Assembly (NCBI GenBank): GCA_965208125.1
Contig: OZ242320.1
Coordinates: 5,088,001 to 5,152,000 of the forward strand
From: Candidatus Latescibacterota bacterium
Lineage (GTDB): Bacteria; Latescibacterota; UBA2968
Length of the DNA: 64,000 nucleotides
Direction: 5' to 3'
Part shown: piece by piece, positions 57,997 through 64,000 of the stretch
How positions within the stretch are numbered: the stretch's first letter is position 1
Layout: each line of letters opens with the position of its first letter
The notes under the pieces: generated by a model
The model's input: only the letters and a program-made list of their open reading frames with translations
Database searches by the model: none
Told to the model about the DNA's origin: nothing
Position numbers and translations under genes: made by a program

Positions 57997-59052
57997 ATGA
58001 CCAGAAAATTTCTTACTTATGTCGCGCTGAGTCTGATGTGTCTGACACCGCTCTATGCACAGGACCCGGTGGATACGACAGATCCAGACGATCTTCCCGT
58101 GCCCGAACCGGGACAGGATCTTCCGCGCGAACGCCGCGCGCAAGCGGGCTTTAAGTTTTTGAGCGTATCGCCCGATGCGCGCGCCGCCGCCATGGGCGAT
58201 GCGTATTCCGCATTGAGAATAGGCTCATCGGCGATGTTTTACAACCCCGCATCAATGGCATATCCCACGCGCAAATTTCAACTCTCTGCCGGACAGGTCC
58301 AGTGGATTGCAGATGTGACCTACAACATGGGCAGTGTCGCATTGAATACGGATTGGGGCGTTTTCGGGTTGTCAATGATTTCCGTCGATTACGGCGATTT
58401 TGAGCGCACCATTCGCGCGGATAACGAAAAGGGATTCCTCGATGTGGGCACGTATAGTCCATCTGCCTGGGCAATCGGACTCGGTTATGCCCGCGCAATT
58501 ACCGACCGCTTTTCAGTGGGCGGCAATATACGCATCGCCAAGCAATCGTTCGGCAATGTTCCCGTGGGTCTTGAAGGTGCAGAACCTGTAAATAAATCTT
58601 TTAGCGAGCGTTCGACCATTGTCGATTTTGGCGTGCTCTACTGGACGGGATTTAAGAGCCTGACATTGGCGCTGAACACCCGAAACTTCTCTCAGGAAAA
58701 CAAGTATAGCGAAGAGAGTTTTGAATTGCCGCTGACATTCCGCATTGGCCTGGCGATAGATTTGATTGATTTCACGGATATGGAGAAGGACGCCCATTCC
58801 GTGATCCTATCGGTAGATACCGAGCGGCCGCGCGACTTTTCCGAGCAAGTCAAGATCGGAGTGGATTATACGCTCATGAAAACCCTATCTTTGCGCGCCG
58901 GATATATAACGCCAACCGATGAACAGGGCATCTCTCTGGGCGTCGGCTTTGGCCGCGACCTGGGCAGCCTCGCTTTGCGCGTGGATTATGCGTACACCGA
59001 TTTTGGCGTATTTGACAATGTCAACCGCTTGACGCTTCAGGCGGGCTTTTAG
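57997..59052 (+). CDS. PorV/PorQ (UPF0164) family outer-membrane barrel
   Basis: FLSVSPDARAAAMGDA, FYNPA, LPLTFRIG, LRAGY, VDYAY..FGVF; terminal Phe. Confidence 0.85.
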   Translation: MTRKFLTYVALSLMCLTPLYAQDPVDTTDPDDLPVPEPGQDLPRERRAQAGFKFLSVSPDARAAAMGDAYSALRIGSSAMFYNPASMAYPTRKFQLSAGQVQWIADVTYNMGSVALNTDWGVFGLSMISVDYGDFERTIRADNEKGFLDVGTYSPSAWAIGLGYARAITDRFSVGGNIRIAKQSFGNVPVGLEGAEPVNKSFSERSTIVDFGVLYWTGFKSLTLALNTRNFSQENKYSEESFELPLTFRIGLAIDLIDFTDMEKDAHSVILSVDTERPRDFSEQVKIGVDYTLMKTLSLRAGYITPTDEQGISLGVGFGRDLGSLALRVDYAYTDFGVFDNVNRLTLQAGF

Positions 59053-59081
59053 ACTATTGCGATGTATTCCCCGCCATTTTG

Positions 59082-59116
59082 AAAAGGGAGCCAGTTTTTG
59101 ACCGGCTCCCTTTTTT
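59082..59116 (+). terminator. Intrinsic terminator after the PorV-family gene
   Basis: AAAAGGGAGCC-AGTTTTTGACC-GGCTCCCTTTTTT. Confidence 0.75.
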
Positions 59117-59142
59117 ACGTGAAGTCCGCGGACATCCCTACC

Positions 59143-61104
59143 ATGGCAGAATTAGCACATACACAAAAACCGCTCGGCAGGGGGTTACGTACGTATCGAA
59201 CCGCTGTTGCGTCGGTCGCCATGATTCTGGTCAGTGTGCTGTGGAATGAATGGATGCCGTATTACACATCGGGATCCAATATCAGCCGCAGCCATTTTCC
59301 CGTAGCGCTCTACTATCCCTTTTTGATCTTGTGTATATGCAACTTGCTGGCAAATCATCGGCAATCAACCTGGGCATTGACGCGGTCGGAATTGCTGGTG
59401 GTCCTGGCTTCTGGGCTGGTCGGCATCTCGGTGTCTTACGACGGGATCAGCGGACATCTGATCGGCGTAGTAGCTGCGCCCTATTATTTCGCCTCAACGG
59501 AAAACGGCTGGACGACGTACTTGCTCGAACATATCCCGCACTGGCAGGTGCCGACCAATGCGGCCGGAGAGATGACGCGGTTTTACGAGGGCGGAAAGGG
59601 AACATTCCCCTGGCGCGTATGGGTCGCACCGATATTCTGGTGGACGTGTTTTTTGGGCGCGATGGGATTTGCGGTATTCAGCGTCGTGGTGATTTTGCGA
59701 AAGCAATGGGTGGATTACGAGCGGTTGGCATATCCACTCGTAGAAGTGGGGAGCCTGCTGACCGAGACCGAGCCTGGTGGAACACTCGAAAAAATGCTCC
59801 GATCCCCATTGTTCTGGATAGCCTTTGGCCTGGTGATGGCGTTAAAGCTGTGGAATATCGGATCTTATTTTTCGCCAGCTTTTCCGCATATTTCTATTGA
59901 GGGAATGAACTGGCGGGCTTTTCCCGATTTTCCCGCATTGCCCTTTCGCCTCAGTTTTTACGCCATAGGTTTTGGCTATTTTGCGCGATTAGACGTATTG
60001 TTCAGCGTGTGGTTTTTTATCGTCTTGACGGCATTTCAGATCTATGCCTCGAATATTTTTGGCTATCCCCTGGGTTCCTCCAGTCTGCACTGGGAAAATG
60101 AGTTATTAAACTGGCAGAGCATGGGCGCACTCATTTTCCTCGCAGTGTGGGGCTTGTGGATGGCGCGCGCTCATTTGAAGGCCGTGTGGCGCAAAGCGTG
60201 GGATCCGAGTTGTGAAATAGATGATCGCGGAGAGTTATTGTCATATCGCACGGCGGTATTTGGCCTTGTGCTTTCGCTCGTGTTTGCAACGTGCTGGCTG
60301 GTCGCAACCGGCATGGCGTTGTGGGTTGCGATAGTGTTTTTGATTCTGGCAATGTTGTTATTTTTGGGCCTGGCACGCGCTGTGTCCGAGCTGGGTCTGG
60401 TTTATGCTTATTATCGGTTGGAGCCAAATGACGCGGTCGTACAGGCGTTTGGATCGGCATCGATTATGGGGGTTTCGAGCATCACCGCGCTGGCATTTAT
60501 GCGGGTGTTCAATTTTTTCCCCGATATCGGCAAAGGCTTCTTAATGCCGTCTTTTTCGCAGGCGGTGAAAGCTGTGGATAAGACCGTAACACCCCGGCGG
60601 ATTACAGGGGTGATCTGGGCATCGCTCGCCGTGGGCTTTGTGATTTCGATTGTCAACACGCTCTATTTGAGTTATGAATACGGGGCTTATAATCTGGGAA
60701 ATATGGGCCTCAAACACGTTGGCCCGCGGGCATTTGATTTTGCGATGAACGCGATCCGCAATCCCCTGGGACTCGGAGGCGATGGTCGCGTGATGTGGGC
60801 GGGAGTTGGCGCCGGTGCGATGGCGATTTTGACCGTAATTCGCTACTGGATCCCCGCCTGGCCGCTGCATCCAATTGGACTGGCCATGCAAGGGAACTAC
60901 GGCGTGAGTAAAACCGTATTCTCGGTATTTATTGTGTGGTCAATCAAAGTTGTTGTGATGAAGATGGGCGGTGTGCAGCTATACGAAAAAGGAAAACCGT
61001 TTTTCATCGGCCTGCTGGCAGCGCAAGCATTCAGTACTGGGCTGGTATTTGTCATAGATTGCATCTGGTTCCCCCTGCAGGGACACAATGTACACAACTT
61101 CTAA
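59143..61104 (+). CDS. DUF6785/DUF6784-type integral membrane protein (paralog of 8927-10918)
   Basis: APYYFASTENGW, LRKQWVDYERLAYP, ELLSYRTA, WPLHPIGLA, PFFIGLL motifs shared with the first copy. Confidence 0.75.
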   Translation: MAELAHTQKPLGRGLRTYRTAVASVAMILVSVLWNEWMPYYTSGSNISRSHFPVALYYPFLILCICNLLANHRQSTWALTRSELLVVLASGLVGISVSYDGISGHLIGVVAAPYYFASTENGWTTYLLEHIPHWQVPTNAAGEMTRFYEGGKGTFPWRVWVAPIFWWTCFLGAMGFAVFSVVVILRKQWVDYERLAYPLVEVGSLLTETEPGGTLEKMLRSPLFWIAFGLVMALKLWNIGSYFSPAFPHISIEGMNWRAFPDFPALPFRLSFYAIGFGYFARLDVLFSVWFFIVLTAFQIYASNIFGYPLGSSSLHWENELLNWQSMGALIFLAVWGLWMARAHLKAVWRKAWDPSCEIDDRGELLSYRTAVFGLVLSLVFATCWLVATGMALWVAIVFLILAMLLFLGLARAVSELGLVYAYYRLEPNDAVVQAFGSASIMGVSSITALAFMRVFNFFPDIGKGFLMPSFSQAVKAVDKTVTPRRITGVIWASLAVGFVISIVNTLYLSYEYGAYNLGNMGLKHVGPRAFDFAMNAIRNPLGLGGDGRVMWAGVGAGAMAILTVIRYWIPAWPLHPIGLAMQGNYGVSKTVFSVFIVWSIKVVVMKMGGVQLYEKGKPFFIGLLAAQAFSTGLVFVIDCIWFPLQGHNVHNF

Positions 61105-61111
61105 AGAGCTT

Positions 61112-62152
61112 ATGATTACGAGAAGAACATTTATACAACAAAGCCTCGCAACTGCGGGCGCATTGGCAATTGCACCATCGGCTTTCGCGTCCAAGCCACA
61201 GGTAATGACTGTGACCGGATCGATAGCCTTCGATCAAATGGGGTTCACCCTTCCCCACGAACACATCATGTCCATTTTTGGCGGACAACCAGTCAAAATG
61301 GCGCAATACGACGAAGAAAAATTATTCGCCAAAGTTATCCCCTATCTCAAAATGTTAAAAGTATTTGGCGTGCAAACGCTTTGTGAATGCACAGGAGCTT
61401 ATTTTGGACGGCGCGTGGATTTGCTCCGGCGTATCTCACGAGAAACCGGGATGCAAATACTGACCAACACCGGGTATTTTGGCGCAGCGCACGACCGCTA
61501 TGTGCCGGCGCATGCCTTTGAAGAAACAATTGATCAAATTGCCCAACGCTGGATTGATGAATGGGAAAACGGGATTGATGGGACAGATATTCGTCCGGGA
61601 TTTATCAAAATTGGCGTTGACCCCGGCATGCCGTCTGACATAGATAAAAAACTCATTTTGGCGGCGGGTAAAACCCATCTCAAAACAGGTCTAACAATTG
61701 TCTCACACACAAGTGGCAGCACGGATGCCGCTGTTGAACAGATTGCGATGCTCGAAGAAATGGGCGTCCATCCAGAAGCCTGGATCTGGGCACACGCACA
61801 ACGCGTTAAAGATCCCGGCGATTTGCCTCCGATTGCCTGGGCAGGCGGGTGGATCGGACTGGATGGCATCAGCGATAAAACGCTCAATCACCATCTCGAT
61901 ATGCTGCGCCACATGAGAAGATTTCGCGCTTTGGACCGGGTTTTGCTTTCTCACGATGGCAATTCATTTGGATATGGCGACCGTCCCTTTAAGCCTTATA
62001 ATGCCATTTTTGACCAATTTATTCCGCTGATGCATAAAGCAAATTTTACCGATGAAGACATTCACCGGATCACAGTAAGAAATCCACAGGAGGCATTTGC
62101 CATTCAAGTTCGGAAAACGCAACCACCGATAGACACAGATGAAAACAGATAA
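61112..62152 (+). CDS. Phosphotriesterase-related (PTE/PHP) metallohydrolase with Tat signal
   Basis: MITRRTFI twin-arginine; TLPHEH, GFIKIG, VSHT, WAHA, LLSHD metal ligands. Confidence 0.88.
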   Translation: MITRRTFIQQSLATAGALAIAPSAFASKPQVMTVTGSIAFDQMGFTLPHEHIMSIFGGQPVKMAQYDEEKLFAKVIPYLKMLKVFGVQTLCECTGAYFGRRVDLLRRISRETGMQILTNTGYFGAAHDRYVPAHAFEETIDQIAQRWIDEWENGIDGTDIRPGFIKIGVDPGMPSDIDKKLILAAGKTHLKTGLTIVSHTSGSTDAAVEQIAMLEEMGVHPEAWIWAHAQRVKDPGDLPPIAWAGGWIGLDGISDKTLNHHLDMLRHMRRFRALDRVLLSHDGNSFGYGDRPFKPYNAIFDQFIPLMHKANFTDEDIHRITVRNPQEAFAIQVRKTQPPIDTDENR

Positions 62153-62214
62153 AAGGCAAGCGAGAGGTTGAGGGGTTGGGTCTGATAGCTGACCGCTGAT
62201 CACTGGAGAGAACC

Positions 62215-63657
62215 ATGAATCGACGCGAATTTATCAAACAAACTGCCGTAGCGACCGTTGCAATGCCATCAATACTTCGGGCACAGTCAGATGATCGCCC
62301 CAATATTGTATTGTTTTTGGCAGACGATATGACGTGGCGAGACTGCGGCGTATATGGCAATCCAGAAGTGCAAACACCAAATCTGGATCAGTTATCGCGT
62401 GAAGGCATGCGTTTTGATGGCTGTTTTACCTCCACGTCAATTTGCGCGCCCACGCGACAGCAGCTATATACGGGGATGTTTCCAATACGCAATGGCGCGT
62501 ACCCCCAGGGTGGATTTGTGCGTACGGGTGTTAAGAGCATGGCACATCATTTCAAAGCACTGGGCTACCGCGTTGGAATCATTGGAAAACAACACTACGG
62601 ACCTTCCGAATCATTTCCCTTTGAAGTATTGAAAACAACTGGCACTAATGAATTGCTGGATTCCGATGCATCTATCCGTGCCATTCAAGCCTTTATAGAT
62701 CGGGAACCGGGGCAGCCCTATTGTCTGGTGGTCGCATCGCGCAATCCCCACCTGCCATATACAAAAGGTCCGCAGGACATGTACGATCCGGATAAAGTGA
62801 AAATTCCACCGTATTTAATCGACACCCCGGAAACGCGAAAGCGATTGGCGGCGTACTATGCCGAAATTACCGCACTGGACGCCGAATTAGGGCGGTGTAT
62901 GCAAATTGTCTCGGATAACACACTCGTGGTTTTCTCAACAGAACAGGGATCTGCTTTCCCCTATGGCGGTAAGTGGACGTGTTATGAAAATGGACTGCAT
63001 ACCGGATTGATCATGCGCTGGCCGGGCAAAATTGAAGCGGGCTCTTCCTGCGATGCCCTCGTGCAATATGTGGATATTTTGCCAACGCTCCTACAAGTTG
63101 CAGGCGGCGATCCAGCGCAAATCGATACGGGCAGGACAGGTGCGCCAGATGGAGGGTCTGGATTTGACGGGAAAAGTTTTTGGCATCTCGTCGCGGAAAA
63201 TGGCAATCATCACCGGGATTACGTATATGGTGCTTATACAAATCGCGGAGTTCGGGACGGGACAGATTACCCGATTCGCTCGGTGCGCTCCAACAGATAT
63301 AAATACATCGCAAATCTCAATCACGAAGGTGTGTTTCAGTGCAATGTGACGCGATTTATGGACGAAATGGGATGGGCAGAAGCAGCAGAAAAAAATCCGG
63401 CACTTGCACCCCGGGTACACGCCTTGAAGCACCGCCCGGCAGTGGAATTTTATGACCTGGAAAGCGATCCCTACGAGTTGAATAACCTATCTGAAGACGT
63501 TCAATACGCAGGTATCATGAAAGAAATACGGACGGAACTCGATGCGTGGATGGCGCAGCAAAATGACCGCGGAATGGAGACGGAATTGGAAGCGTATGCT
63601 CATGTAAATCCAGCATCGGCAAAGTACAAGCAATATCGGGAATCCCAAAATAAATAA
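62215..63657 (+). CDS. Tat-exported Cys-type sulfatase (SGSH-like)
   Basis: MNRREFIK twin-arginine; PNIVLFLADD, CAPTRQQLYTG, GKQH. Confidence 0.92.
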   Translation: MNRREFIKQTAVATVAMPSILRAQSDDRPNIVLFLADDMTWRDCGVYGNPEVQTPNLDQLSREGMRFDGCFTSTSICAPTRQQLYTGMFPIRNGAYPQGGFVRTGVKSMAHHFKALGYRVGIIGKQHYGPSESFPFEVLKTTGTNELLDSDASIRAIQAFIDREPGQPYCLVVASRNPHLPYTKGPQDMYDPDKVKIPPYLIDTPETRKRLAAYYAEITALDAELGRCMQIVSDNTLVVFSTEQGSAFPYGGKWTCYENGLHTGLIMRWPGKIEAGSSCDALVQYVDILPTLLQVAGGDPAQIDTGRTGAPDGGSGFDGKSFWHLVAENGNHHRDYVYGAYTNRGVRDGTDYPIRSVRSNRYKYIANLNHEGVFQCNVTRFMDEMGWAEAAEKNPALAPRVHALKHRPAVEFYDLESDPYELNNLSEDVQYAGIMKEIRTELDAWMAQQNDRGMETELEAYAHVNPASAKYKQYRESQNK

Positions 63658-63673
63658 AAAACGGGAGAATTTT

Positions 63674-64000
63674 GTGTCCACGAGTAAAACAGACCAAAAA
63701 GCAGCACCCTGGGGCGAGGGCGAACCTATTGGGCGTGAGTATCCATCGATACCATTGCTCGAAAAAATCGCTTATGGCATCGGCGTCTTGCCGATGAACA
63801 CAAGTGTCAATTCGATCAAAAAACTCTCAGGCCCCATTTTTAATATTACACTGGGCATGCATCCATTTCGCGTGGGCAATGTGTTATTGGCAGCTCGAAT
63901 TTGGGATGCGATTACCGACCCTTTTATGGGATGGCTTTCGGACAACACAAAATCTCGCTGGGGACGGCGCAGACCCTATCTTCTTCTGGGCGCGATCTTG
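63674..64000 (+). CDS. GPH/MelB-family MFS transporter, 3' end outside window
   Basis: Not in ORF track. Manual translation from GTG 63674 after GGGAGA: EKIAYGIG...RIWDAITDPFMGWLSDNTKSRWGRRRPYL. Confidence 0.85.
   Translation, partial: MSTSKTDQKAAPWGEGEPIGREYPSIPLLEKIAYGIGVLPMNTSVNSIKKLSGPIFNITLGMHPFRVGNVLLAARIWDAITDPFMGWLSDNTKSRWGRRRPYLLLGAIL

Overview
A gene-dense 64 kb chromosomal window (about 50% GC by eye) from a diderm bacterium. SprA, PorV-family, T9SS-type C-terminal domains, DUF6785-type membrane proteins and 'DFDGNGxVGFxDF' EF-hand modules suggest the FCB group, possibly Latescibacterota/Gemmatimonadota-like; this is inference. Housekeeping content: tRNA-Phe(GAA), tRNA-Arg(CCG), HU, ObgE, LptF/LptG, thiolase, UPF0182, and many orphan oxidoreductases and hydrolases. 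Three regions stand out. (1) 1.9-10.9 kb: a tightly coupled, uncharacterised transport module of a DUF6785-type protein, a 1509-aa fusion of a degenerate M28 peptidase/PA domain with a MacB/FtsX permease, and an OPT-like protein with an apparently circularly permuted Ig/FN3-like domain in one loop. A lone LolD/MacB-type ATPase lies about 5.4 kb away. (2) 11.2-16.2 kb: an accessory block after tRNA-Phe with GTAG-type REPs, a sigma54 promoter with tandem TGT-N10-ACA boxes, an orphan RND adaptor and a modular secreted pectin-lyase-fold protein. (3) 52.4-64 kb: a utilisation locus with no recognisable SusD: TonB receptor, T9SS-CTD protein, PorV-family barrel, second DUF6785 paralog, Tat phosphotriesterase-like enzyme, Tat sulfatase, GPH-MFS. 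No CRISPR array, integrase, transposase or reverse transcriptase was seen. All family calls come from motif recognition by eye; no database searches were run.
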